Source: Clostridia bacterium (GTDB lineage Bacteria > Bacillota > Clostridia > Oscillospirales > CAG-272). Taken from it: a DNA stretch of 64,000 nt. Under the pieces are notes generated by a model that worked only from the letters and a program-made list of their open reading frames with translations, was not told the origin of the DNA and did not search any database. The stretch covers positions 114,428 through 178,427 of the forward strand of contig JAFVTI010000038.1 of assembly GCA_017503325.1 (NCBI GenBank). The letters are read 5' to 3'. This document shows positions 39,320-48,308 of the stretch, in pieces. Each line of letters opens with the position of its first letter. Position 1 is the first letter of the stretch. A program made the translations under genes and the position numbers.

Positions 39320-40030
39320 ATGCTGCTTACTTTACTCTCCGAGGGCTTCAGCCGCGATGCGCTGATCTCGGTGCTGCTCTCACTTCCCGTTATCGTGCTG
39401 TCTCTTAGCCTGCACGAAACCGCGCACGGCTGGGTAGCCTATAAGCTTGGCGACCCGACCGCACACAACTTAGGCAGACTGACGCTCAATCCGCTCAAGC
39501 ATCTGGATCCTATCGGCTTTATCTTCATGCTGCTGTTCGGAATCGGCTGGGCAAAGCCCGTACCCATCAACACGCGCCACTTCAAAAATCCGCGCGTAGG
39601 CATGGCGCTTTCCGGCATTGCGGGTCCCATCTCCAATCTGCTGCTCGGCTTTCTGGGCATGCTTTTGTACGTGCTGACCATCGTGATCTGCGTCGTTGCG
39701 GGCGTTGACCCTTGGGCGATCGTATGGACCAAGGTACTGCTTTTGTTCCTTGACGTGCTTGCGTTTATGAACATCGCTCTGGCTGTGTTCAATCTCATTC
39801 CCGTGCCTCCGTTTGACGGCTCGCGCTTTGCATACGTGTTCCTGCCCACCAAGTGGTACTTCAAGGTCATGCAGTACGAAAGATACACCGGCATCGCCAT
39901 CATGGCCATCATTTTTCTGCTTTCCCGCTTTGATCTGAACCCCATCGGTATCGTGGTGAATTTCATCATGACCAACACCATGAATCTCCTGATCTTTTTG
40001 GCAAATCTCCTGCTCAACCTGATTCTTTGA
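39320..40030 (+). CDS. site-2 protease family (peptidase M50) membrane protein
   Basis: HETAHGW HExxH motif in the first TM region. NLIPVPPFDGS second motif. Polytopic. Confidence 0.8.
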   Translation: MLLTLLSEGFSRDALISVLLSLPVIVLSLSLHETAHGWVAYKLGDPTAHNLGRLTLNPLKHLDPIGFIFMLLFGIGWAKPVPINTRHFKNPRVGMALSGIAGPISNLLLGFLGMLLYVLTIVICVVAGVDPWAIVWTKVLLLFLDVLAFMNIALAVFNLIPVPPFDGSRFAYVFLPTKWYFKVMQYERYTGIAIMAIIFLLSRFDLNPIGIVVNFIMTNTMNLLIFLANLLLNLIL

Positions 40031-40046
40031 CAGTGGACGGTACAGT

Positions 40047-40841
40047 ATGGCTGAATTAAAGTATAAAATTGAATCCTTTGACTTTGATGGTCCCTTGGAT
40101 CTGCTTTTGACGCTGATCCAGAAAAACAAGGTCAGCATCGAGGATATCCCCATCGCGCTGATCTGCGACCAATATATTGCGTACATCGCGCAGGCACAGA
40201 AGCTGGACTTAGAGGTAGCCTCCGAGTTTTTGGTCATGGCCAGCGAGCTGATCTTGATCAAGACCCGCATGCTGCTCCCGCGTGACGAAAAGGCAGACGA
40301 AAAGGACCCCCGCGCAGAGCTGGCCGATGCGCTGCTCAAATACCAGCAGGCCAAGGAGGGTGCTGCCAAGCTCAAGCTGAGATTTGAGCGATACAGCGGC
40401 AGAATGGTCAAGGATACCGACGAAATTTCGGTCGACAAGACCTTCGTGGACGACCAGCAGGTCACCTCTCTTTGCGCGGCGGTGCGCCGCATCATTGCCT
40501 ACAACGAGGCAAACCAGGGCAACGAGAAGGTGGTCTTCTCGCCCATGATTTCCAAGCCCATTGTGCCGGTCGAGGCCAAGATCGTGGGCATTCTGCACCG
40601 CATGCAGAAAAAGGAATGGACGCCCATGGAGGAGCTGCTCTCGGACTCGGTGTCTCATGCCGACATGATCGCCATATTCTTAGGTGTTCTGGAGCTCTTA
40701 AAGGTGCGTGACATTCTGCTTGACGACGAGGACGCCGACGAGCACTCGCTCTACCGCTCCAGCGCAAAGCTGCGCATCAATCCCATTCCCGCGGACCAAC
40801 GCCAGCCCCAAAAACAAGACAGTGAGGTGCCCACAGCATGA
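40047..40841 (+). CDS. scpA: segregation and condensation protein A
   Basis: FDGPLDLLLTLIQKNKVSIEDIPIA...ASELILIKTRMLLP. Confidence 0.9.
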   Translation: MAELKYKIESFDFDGPLDLLLTLIQKNKVSIEDIPIALICDQYIAYIAQAQKLDLEVASEFLVMASELILIKTRMLLPRDEKADEKDPRAELADALLKYQQAKEGAAKLKLRFERYSGRMVKDTDEISVDKTFVDDQQVTSLCAAVRRIIAYNEANQGNEKVVFSPMISKPIVPVEAKIVGILHRMQKKEWTPMEELLSDSVSHADMIAIFLGVLELLKVRDILLDDEDADEHSLYRSSAKLRINPIPADQRQPQKQDSEVPTA

Positions 40842-41497
40842 ACGAACAACAAATGCCTACCATAACCGATATCGGCGAAGCCATTGAGGCCATTCTGTTT
40901 GCCGCAGGCTATCCCGTCAAATACGACAAGCTCGCAGAGGTGCTGGGGCTTTCTGCTGCCGATGTCAAGCTGTTTTGCGAGCACATGGCAACCGAGTACG
41001 AAAAGAGCGGCAGAGGCATTCTGATGCTCTGCCTGCCCGAGACCTGCCAGCTGACCACCAAGGAGCAATACATGCCCTATATCCGCGAGGCACTTGGCAT
41101 CAAGAGAGGCGGTAACCTTTCCGCATCCTCCTTAGAGGTGCTTGCCATCGTAGCCTACAATCAGCCCGTGACCCGTGCTTACGTGGACGCGGTGCGCGGT
41201 GTGGACTCCTCTTATGCCGTTGGCTCACTCCTTGACAAGAATCTGATCGAGGCTTGCGGCAGACTGGACGCGCCCGGTCGCCCCATGCTGTACGTCACCA
41301 CAGACAAATTCTTGCGCGTGTTCGGCTTGAATTCACTCTCCGAGCTGCCCGAGACCGAGGCCTTGAGCATTGCAGCCGCACAGGTGGATGCAAACGCCGA
41401 AACTGCGGAGACCGACGAGGCAGAGGCCGCAGAAGAGGCTCTGCCCGAGGGTGAATACACCGAGGTAGCAGAAGACGACGCTCGCGCGGAAATCTGA
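40838..41497 (+). CDS. scpB: segregation and condensation protein B
   Basis: IEAILFAAGYPV...SSLEVLAIVAYNQPVTRAYVDAVRGVDS. ATGA overlap with scpA. Confidence 0.9.
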   Translation: MNEQQMPTITDIGEAIEAILFAAGYPVKYDKLAEVLGLSAADVKLFCEHMATEYEKSGRGILMLCLPETCQLTTKEQYMPYIREALGIKRGGNLSASSLEVLAIVAYNQPVTRAYVDAVRGVDSSYAVGSLLDKNLIEACGRLDAPGRPMLYVTTDKFLRVFGLNSLSELPETEALSIAAAQVDANAETAETDEAEAAEEALPEGEYTEVAEDDARAEI

Positions 41498-41538
41498 TTC
41501 TTACCCAATTTTGAAAATTTCGCGGAAAGGAGGTCGCC

Positions 41539-42327
41539 ATGCCGCCCGTTGTCAGGATTTTATTGATCATACTTGGCATCATCGCAGCGCTGATTGCCGT
41601 GCTTGTGCTCTGGCTGCTGACGCTGCACATCAAAATCAAGATCGGCTACAGAGATACGTTCTCGTTCAAGCTGTACGTGGGAGGAATTCGCGTCGCCTCT
41701 CTTCCCCGTCCGCCCAAGAAGCTGCGCAGGCTGCGTACCTACACCAAGAAAAGAGCCGAAAAGGCTGCAGCAAAATATGCCCGCCAGCCTGAGGATTACC
41801 TCGAAATGGTCCGACAAAACGCGCTTTACCGCGCGCTGATGCAAAAGCGTGCCGAAAAAAACGCGCAAAAAAAGAAAGCCCCCGCCAATGCTGCCGCGCC
41901 CAAGCCCAAGCAGCCCGCGGATAAGCTGAATATCGAGATCCTTATGCAGATGATCGCCGAGATCATCGATGCCTTGTTCGAGGGCACGCGCAAGGGTCTG
42001 CACATCCACGTCTGCCGCCTGCACGTGTTCGTCGTGGGCAAGGATGCCGCCCAGACCGCGCTGATCTGCGGCGGGCTGTGGGCAGCAATCTCCAACCTGC
42101 TGGCCGTGCTGGATGCGCACGCCAAGCTGCGCGTGGGCAAAGCCGACGTCAGCATTGTCCCCGACTACACGGGCGAGAAGACAAAAACCGATTTTTCGCT
42201 GGTCATCTCGTTCGGTGTCGTGCGCACGCTGCACACGCTGCTCTCGCTGATCCCCATTTTCCTGCGTCATAAGGGCTCTCTGCTCATCAAGCAAGCGCCG
42301 ACGCAGCCAAACACGCAAAAACAATGA
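41539..42327 (+). CDS. YtfI-like (DUF2953) sporulation-associated membrane protein
   Basis: N-terminal TM ILLIILGIIAALIAVLVLWLLTLHIKIKIGY. Positioned immediately before gerW, as in other spore formers. Confidence 0.6.
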   Translation: MPPVVRILLIILGIIAALIAVLVLWLLTLHIKIKIGYRDTFSFKLYVGGIRVASLPRPPKKLRRLRTYTKKRAEKAAAKYARQPEDYLEMVRQNALYRALMQKRAEKNAQKKKAPANAAAPKPKQPADKLNIEILMQMIAEIIDALFEGTRKGLHIHVCRLHVFVVGKDAAQTALICGGLWAAISNLLAVLDAHAKLRVGKADVSIVPDYTGEKTKTDFSLVISFGVVRTLHTLLSLIPIFLRHKGSLLIKQAPTQPNTQKQ

Positions 42328-42355
42328 ATCTACATATATGAAAGGAACACTCAGT

Positions 42356-42820
42356 ATGTCTTCTGAAAACAACAAGATCCAAGAGATCATCAAGGAATCG
42401 CTTGAGAACATCCGCTCGATCATCGATGCAAACACCGTCATCGGTACGCCTATGGAGACCTCCAACGGCGTGACCATCATTCCCGTATCCAAGATCACCA
42501 TGGGCTTTGCCTCGGGTGGCGTGGATTTTGACGGCAAGAAGGAATCCAGCACCGCCAAAAACTTCGGCGGTGGCGGCGGCACCGGTCTTTCGGTACAGCC
42601 CGTGGGCTTTTTGGTCGTCTCTCACGAGGGCCGCGTGGAAATGATCAACGTAGGTCAAAAGGCTCCCAAGGACACCATTGAGCAGGTGGCGGATCTGCTG
42701 GAGCGCACGCCCGACATTGTGTACCGTCTGAAGGCTATCTTCGAAAAGTTCAACGAAATGAAGCAGGACGGCGAGCCCTTGCCCACAGTCGCGCCCGAGA
42801 CCCAAAACGAACAGGAATAA
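42356..42820 (+). CDS. gerW: GerW/YtfJ-family sporulation protein
   Basis: IDANTVIGTPMETSNGVTIIPVSKITMGFASGG..GGGGGTGLSVQPVGFLVV. ATG at 42356, 8 nt after GAAAGGAA. Confidence 0.8.
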   Translation: MSSENNKIQEIIKESLENIRSIIDANTVIGTPMETSNGVTIIPVSKITMGFASGGVDFDGKKESSTAKNFGGGGGTGLSVQPVGFLVVSHEGRVEMINVGQKAPKDTIEQVADLLERTPDIVYRLKAIFEKFNEMKQDGEPLPTVAPETQNEQE

Positions 42821-42881
42821 GACATACTCTCCCCCTCCCTGCCGTATATTGTAACAAATACGGCTTTACTATGGGGGTACT

Positions 42882-44051
42882 ATGCAAAAAAATCCGATTC
42901 ACCGCGCCATCTGCGCATTCCTTTTCTGCGCTTTGTGTATGGGCGTGCTCTGCGTTCCCGCGGGTGCGCTTGGCAACCGCATCACGCCGGACGCTCCCGT
43001 TTATGCGGGGAGTGCCGTGCTGATAGAGGCTGAGAGCGGGTGCGTGCTTTACGAGCAGCATGCGCATACGCGCATGCCAATGGCGTCCACCACCAAAATC
43101 ATGACCGCGCTTGTGGTGCTGGAGAGGTGCGATCTGCAGGCCACGGTTTGCATAGACGCGCGTGCCGTGGGCACAGAGGGCTCCTCGGTCTATTTATATC
43201 CCGAGGAATGCCTGACCGTCGAGCAGCTGCTTTACGCGCTCATGCTCTCCTCTGCCAACGATGCAGCCGCTGCGCTTGCATACGAGGTGGCGGGCAGCAT
43301 TGAGGGCTTTGCCGCCTTAATGAATCAAAAGGTGCAGGAGCTGGGGCTTCTCAACACCCATTTTGCCAATCCGCACGGGTTGGACGCACAGGGGCACTAT
43401 ACCACAGCCTACGATCTTGCCTGTATTGCGGCATACGCTTTGGAAAACCCGGATTTTTTGCGCATTGTTTCATCAGAAAAAAAGGTGATCCCCCTGCGCG
43501 AGCAAGAGGGGGCGCGCGTTTTGCGCAATCATAACAAGCTGCTTGCATCATACCAAGGGTGCATCGGCGTCAAGACCGGCTTTACCAAAAAGAGCGGCAG
43601 ATGTCTTGTCAGCGCGGCAGAGCGCGACGGTGTGCGCCTTGTGTGCGTCACGCTGGATTGTCCGGACGACTGGCGCACGCATACTGCCCTGCTGGACGGC
43701 GGCTTTGCGGCCTTTGAGCGCGTCAGCCTCACACGTGCCAATGCCTACGTGACGGCTCTGCCCGTGGTGGGAGGCACGCAGACGCAGCTGTATTTGCAGA
43801 CCAATTCTTCGGTGTCCGTGACCCTGCCCCGCGAGCGCGGTGAGATCCGATGTCACATCGAGAGTGCACATTTCCTCTACGCACCGATCGCCCAAGGCGC
43901 GCACGTGGGTGACGCCGTGTGGACGCTGGACGGAGAGGAGATCGCCCGTGCACCGCTTTTTGCCACTTACGGCGTGGAAAAGCAGATCACCAAGCGCACG
44001 CCGCTTACATGGCTGCGCGTACTACTGAACAAATTGAAGGAAATTTTATGA
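42882..44051 (+). CDS. dacB: D-alanyl-D-alanine carboxypeptidase (S11, PBP5/DacB-like)
   Basis: Signal peptide, then MASTTKIMT (SxxK), LSSANDAA (SxN) and KTGFT (KTG). Confidence 0.85.
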   Translation: MQKNPIHRAICAFLFCALCMGVLCVPAGALGNRITPDAPVYAGSAVLIEAESGCVLYEQHAHTRMPMASTTKIMTALVVLERCDLQATVCIDARAVGTEGSSVYLYPEECLTVEQLLYALMLSSANDAAAALAYEVAGSIEGFAALMNQKVQELGLLNTHFANPHGLDAQGHYTTAYDLACIAAYALENPDFLRIVSSEKKVIPLREQEGARVLRNHNKLLASYQGCIGVKTGFTKKSGRCLVSAAERDGVRLVCVTLDCPDDWRTHTALLDGGFAAFERVSLTRANAYVTALPVVGGTQTQLYLQTNSSVSVTLPRERGEIRCHIESAHFLYAPIAQGAHVGDAVWTLDGEEIARAPLFATYGVEKQITKRTPLTWLRVLLNKLKEIL

Positions 44052-44782
44052 GCGAACAAGTAAGACTTGCAAAATACTTTACCGATTGCGGCGTGCTTTC
44101 GCGCCGCGCGGCAGAGGAAGAGATCAAAAAAGGCCGCGTCAAGGTCAACGGCACCCCGGCAGAGCTGGGGCAAAAGATCACGCCGGGTGAGGACGTGGTA
44201 GAATACGGCGGCAAAAAAATCACGCCGCCAAAGCAGGCCGGCAAGGTGTACGTCATGCTCAACAAGCCGCGCGGCTTTGTGACCACCATGTCGGATGAAA
44301 AGGGACGCCCTACCGTGGCAACGCTGACAAAAGGCGTGGGCACACGCGTCTACCCCGTTGGCCGACTGGATATGGATTCCTCGGGGCTTTTGCTCATGAC
44401 CAACGACGGCGAGCTTGCCAACCGCCTGACCCACCCGCGCCACGACATTCCCAAGATCTATCACGTGCTTGTAGCGGGTCACCCCACCACGGCACAGATG
44501 ACCGGGCTTGGCTCCCCCGCCGACCTGGACGGCTATATCACGCAGCCAATCCGCGTGCGCAAGCTGGCCGAGGGCGAGCATGAAACCTTGCTTGAAATGA
44601 CGCTTTACGAGGGGCGTAACCGCCAGATCCGCCGCATTTGCGAGACGCAGGGCTTGCGCGTCAAGCAGCTGGTGCGCGTGGCAATCGGCGAGGTGGAGCT
44701 CGGCGATTTGCCCGAGGGAAAATATACGAGGCTGACAAGCAATCAGATCGCGTATCTGAAAGGAGAGAGAGATCATGTTTAA
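44048..44782 (+). CDS. rluB: RsuA/RluB-family 23S rRNA pseudouridine synthase
   Basis: ATG at 44048 (ATGA overlap with dacB). S4 domain VRLAKYFTDCGVLSRRAAEEEI. Catalytic VGRLDMDSSGLLLMTNDG. Confidence 0.8.
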   Translation: MSEQVRLAKYFTDCGVLSRRAAEEEIKKGRVKVNGTPAELGQKITPGEDVVEYGGKKITPPKQAGKVYVMLNKPRGFVTTMSDEKGRPTVATLTKGVGTRVYPVGRLDMDSSGLLLMTNDGELANRLTHPRHDIPKIYHVLVAGHPTTAQMTGLGSPADLDGYITQPIRVRKLAEGEHETLLEMTLYEGRNRQIRRICETQGLRVKQLVRVAIGEVELGDLPEGKYTRLTSNQIAYLKGERDHV

Positions 44783-45173
44783 GGTTATACCGATCCAGGA
44801 CAAGCAGATGCAGGAGCAATACTGCAAGATGTGCAGCGTGGAATTTTTGCCCGAGGATTTTTGCTACAGCGTCTGGGACGAGGGCATTTTTTCGGGCGTT
44901 TGCCAATTCAATATTTATGCCGATCACGGCGAGATACACACGCTGATCTCGTTGCCCGAGGTGGACGCTTATCAGGCCATGTTCACCGCAGGCCGCGCTG
45001 CGCTCAACTTCATTGATCTTTGCGACGTGCACCTGGCGTATTTTACGGGAGAGGTGCAGGACGAGGGCATGATCAAGGCCATCGGCTTCCGCAAAAACGC
45101 GCAAGGAGCATGGGAGATGGATCTGACCGGATTCTTCACCAAGCCTTGCTCCTGTAAGAACCACGAATCTTGA
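44775..45173 (+). CDS. hypothetical cytoplasmic protein (132 aa), translationally coupled to rluB
   Basis: Overlaps the rluB stop by 8 nt. No signal peptide and no motif that I recognise. Confidence 0.5.
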   Translation: MFKVIPIQDKQMQEQYCKMCSVEFLPEDFCYSVWDEGIFSGVCQFNIYADHGEIHTLISLPEVDAYQAMFTAGRAALNFIDLCDVHLAYFTGEVQDEGMIKAIGFRKNAQGAWEMDLTGFFTKPCSCKNHES

Positions 45174-45192
45174 TCGAATTTATAAAAAATAA

Positions 45193-45221
45193 TTGACAAC
45201 CGGGTTACCATCATTTATAAT
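45193..45221 (+). promoter_or_regulatory. consensus sigma-A promoter
   Basis: TTGACA (45193-98), 17 nt, TATAAT (45216-21). Confidence 0.65.
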
Positions 45222-45257
45222 AGTCTTGTAAATCCAACAAAAGTGAGGAGAAATACC

Positions 45258-46094
45258 ATGAAAAAGTTATTGGCTGTTCTGCTGTGTGCGCTGATGTTGG
45301 CAACTTGCCTGTCTCTTTGCACATACGCAAATGAAGAAACCACGGCTGCTGAAGAAGCTACCACCGAAGAAGCTGCGGCTATTGAGCGCACCGCTGACAG
45401 AGTCGTATTCAATGGCGACCTGGCATCCAGGCCCAACTGCATCGTCGGCATGAGCGGTCTTGCTAAGGGCAGCGGTCTTTCCAAAAAGGGCGAATGGGAA
45501 GGCGTAAAGGTTGACATCAAGGAACCCGAGGACCCCAACTTCACCTTTGATTACAAGTCGTATTGCAATAAGTACGACCTGACCCCCATGAACGGTGAGG
45601 ACGTCGGATACATCGTTCTGAAGGTTCTGGTTCCCGAAGACGGCTTTTACGACGACATTGAGATCTTCTACGGTTCAGGCGACATCACCGGTGCAACGGC
45701 GGGATACTCCGTAACCAGTGAATACTGCGGCGAAGGCAACGGATTCGTATACTTCATCTACAACCTTGACGGCTTGTGGGAAGGCGCGGTCAACATGTTC
45801 AGAATTGACCCTGTGGGCATGGACGAGGGCGAATTGCTTTACATCATGGAGCTTGCAATGTTCAAGACCGAGGACGAGGCAATTACCTGGTGCGACTTTG
45901 ACGAGGAAGAGACCGAAGAGCCCACCACCGAGGCTCCCACCACCGAAGCACCCACCACTGAGGCTCCTACCACCGAAGCAGGCACCAGACCTCCCAGAGA
46001 GGAAAAGGATGAGGGCTGCGGCGGCATCGTAAGCGTTGGTGCTGTTGTTGCTATGATCGCTCTTGGTGCTGTTTGCATTAAGAAGAAGGATTGA
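45258..46094 (+). CDS. secreted protein with Thr/Glu/Ala/Pro repeat stalk and C-terminal TM anchor
   Basis: ATG at 45258 after GTGAGGAGAAATACC. Signal MKKLLAVLLCALMLATCLSLCTYA. (PTTEA)x4 stalk. ..IVSVGAVVAMIALGAVCIKKKD. Confidence 0.7.
   Translation: MKKLLAVLLCALMLATCLSLCTYANEETTAAEEATTEEAAAIERTADRVVFNGDLASRPNCIVGMSGLAKGSGLSKKGEWEGVKVDIKEPEDPNFTFDYKSYCNKYDLTPMNGEDVGYIVLKVLVPEDGFYDDIEIFYGSGDITGATAGYSVTSEYCGEGNGFVYFIYNLDGLWEGAVNMFRIDPVGMDEGELLYIMELAMFKTEDEAITWCDFDEEETEEPTTEAPTTEAPTTEAPTTEAGTRPPREEKDEGCGGIVSVGAVVAMIALGAVCIKKKD
45921..45980 (+). repeat. 15-bp in-frame tandem repeat x4 (CCCACCACCGARGCW) encoding PTTEA
   Basis: Units at 45921, 45936, 45951 and 45966. Confidence 0.8.
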
Positions 46095-46119
46095 TAAAAA
46101 AAGAAAAAATGAATATAAG

Positions 46120-46143
46120 AAAAGCCGCCGAAAGGCGGCTTTT
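46120..46143. terminator. bidirectional terminator between convergent genes
   Basis: AAAAGCCGCC-GAAA-GGCGGCTTTT. Confidence 0.8.
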
Positions 46144-46181
46144 CTACCTTCATTCTTCATTTTGCTTTCTGCGTTCTACAT

Positions 46182-47894
46182 TTATTTGATCAAATGTCTT
46201 TTGATCTTCTTGGAGGTGGTCTTTTCAAACTCGGTCTTGCGCAGCTCAATACGGCTGACCTGCTTGAAGCTGGGCAGCTCGCGGTTGATGGCACGGATGG
46301 ATGCAAGAATGGTAGCCTTGACGTTTTCGTCCGAGCTGTCCTTTTCAAACTTATCGTAATTGGGATAAATGACCGCTACCAGCGCAGTGGGAGCGTTCTC
46401 GTCCGGCTTTCTGCCAACCACCACGCACTCCGCAATGGTATCCAGCGCACCCAGGTATTCCTCGATCTCCTCGGGGAATACGTTTTTACCGTTGTCCAGC
46501 ACGATGACAGACTTGCATCTGCCCGTGATATAGTAATACCCCTTGTCGTCGCGATAGCCTACGTCACCCGTGCGGAACCAGCCGTCGTCGGTAAAGACCG
46601 CCGCATTGGCCTCGGGGTTTTCGTAGTACCCAAGCATGACGTTCGCGCCCTTGACCTGGATCTCGCCCTCGCGGTATCCCTTGTCGTTTCTGCCGTATCC
46701 CGCGGTATCCAGGCGCAGATTGCAGCAGGAAACAGGCTTGCCGATCGAGCCGGGACGGGGTGCAAAGAAGGGGTTGAGCGTGGTCAGAGGCGAGCATTCG
46801 GTAATCCCGCAGCCCTCGTAGACCGTAATGCCAAAGCTGTCAAAGGTCTTGATCAGCGCGGGATTGAGCTTGGCACCACCGCAGATGATGACGCGCAAAT
46901 TGCCGCCGAACGCCTTATGCACGTCCGCAAACAGCTTTCTGCGCGCGTCCACACCGGTCTTGCGCAGCGCATCCGAGGTCTTCATGGCCGCACGCAAGGT
47001 CTTTGCCTTTCCCTTCTTCTCTGCCTCTGCCCAAACCTTCTTTTCCATGGTATCAAGGAACAGCGGCACCAGCGTCATGACGGTGGGCTTGAAGCGGTTC
47101 ATGTTCTTGACTACGTGGCGCAGCTTGTCGTTGATGCAGATGGTCATGCCCAAAAGCAGCTCGGCCTGCAGGCACATCAATTCATAGGTATGGTGCACGG
47201 GCAGCACGCTCAGCGAAACGTCGTCCGGCGTGATGTTGATATACTGCATCGCGGCATTGACCGTGGCATAAATGTTCTGCTGGCTGAGCATAACGCACTT
47301 GGAAGAGCCCGTCGTACCCGAGGTAAACAGCATCTCTGCAAGCTTTGCGCGATCCGCAATTCTGGGCAGATTCCAGCCCGAGCGCACGCTTGCCGCACCC
47401 ATGCGCAGCACCTTTTCGTAAGAGGTCACCTGATCGTGGTCACCTCTCTCGGGCACCATGGGAATATAGTGCTTGAGCGAAGGATGCGTATCCATCGCCT
47501 TGTCAAATTTGCCGTTGAAGGATTCGCCGTAGATCACAGCCTCGGCATCCACCGACGCGATAAACTGCTCGATCTGCTCCTGCGCCACTTCCTTGTCCAT
47601 GGGAATGATCACGCTGTCCAGCGCAAGCACCGCCACGTATGCTGCCAACCACATGGGACTTGTCTCACCAATCAGCGCAATTCTCTTTCCCTTCAGCCCA
47701 AGCGCGTCAAGGCCTGCAGCCATATCCAGGATATTGTCGCAAAATGCCTTATAGGACATGTCCTTGACCTTGCCGTCCTCAATATAGCGCAGTGCAGTCT
47801 TTTCACCGTACTCCCGCATGGCAGCGTACAGATCGGATGCATCCCAGATCTGCGGGCAATAGGTGCTTGCAGCGGGCGTTGTATTCTTCTTCAT
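46182..47894 (-). CDS. long-chain fatty acid--CoA ligase (AMP-forming, FadD-like)
   Basis: ATG at 47894 after AAAGAGG. MLFTSGTTGSSK AMP-binding motif, YGITE-like CGITEC, GWFRTGDVGY. Confidence 0.8.
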   Translation of the reverse strand: MKKNTTPAASTYCPQIWDASDLYAAMREYGEKTALRYIEDGKVKDMSYKAFCDNILDMAAGLDALGLKGKRIALIGETSPMWLAAYVAVLALDSVIIPMDKEVAQEQIEQFIASVDAEAVIYGESFNGKFDKAMDTHPSLKHYIPMVPERGDHDQVTSYEKVLRMGAASVRSGWNLPRIADRAKLAEMLFTSGTTGSSKCVMLSQQNIYATVNAAMQYINITPDDVSLSVLPVHHTYELMCLQAELLLGMTICINDKLRHVVKNMNRFKPTVMTLVPLFLDTMEKKVWAEAEKKGKAKTLRAAMKTSDALRKTGVDARRKLFADVHKAFGGNLRVIICGGAKLNPALIKTFDSFGITVYEGCGITECSPLTTLNPFFAPRPGSIGKPVSCCNLRLDTAGYGRNDKGYREGEIQVKGANVMLGYYENPEANAAVFTDDGWFRTGDVGYRDDKGYYYITGRCKSVIVLDNGKNVFPEEIEEYLGALDTIAECVVVGRKPDENAPTALVAVIYPNYDKFEKDSSDENVKATILASIRAINRELPSFKQVSRIELRKTEFEKTTSKKIKRHLIK

Positions 47895-48308
47895 TTTTTC
47901 ATACCTCTTTTTTGAATGATGCTTCGCGAAACTCGCCATGAAGCTTGTTACATTTGTTACGTACATTATACGAACACGCAGAATTTTTGTCAAGGCAAAG
48001 TCAAGTTTGTTCACAATTCCATGCAGATAATGTTACAATTGTCACTATTCGCGATACACTTCCGGTTCTTTTATCACAGTATACATTGCAAGCATTTTCT
48101 CTGCCGCAGGTGCAGATATTTGCCACGCAAAACCGTGTGAGTTTGGCTCTCTTCGGCTATACGAGCAAAAGTTTTGCTTTTCTTTTTAGTTTTGTCAAGC
48201 TTTTGTTGAAACATGAAAGAAAGAAGTTTCCATACTTCTCTCTTATATCTTGCAATTGCAAAATTTGTATGCTATAATGAATTATATTCCATATTACAGG
48301 AGGTTTTT

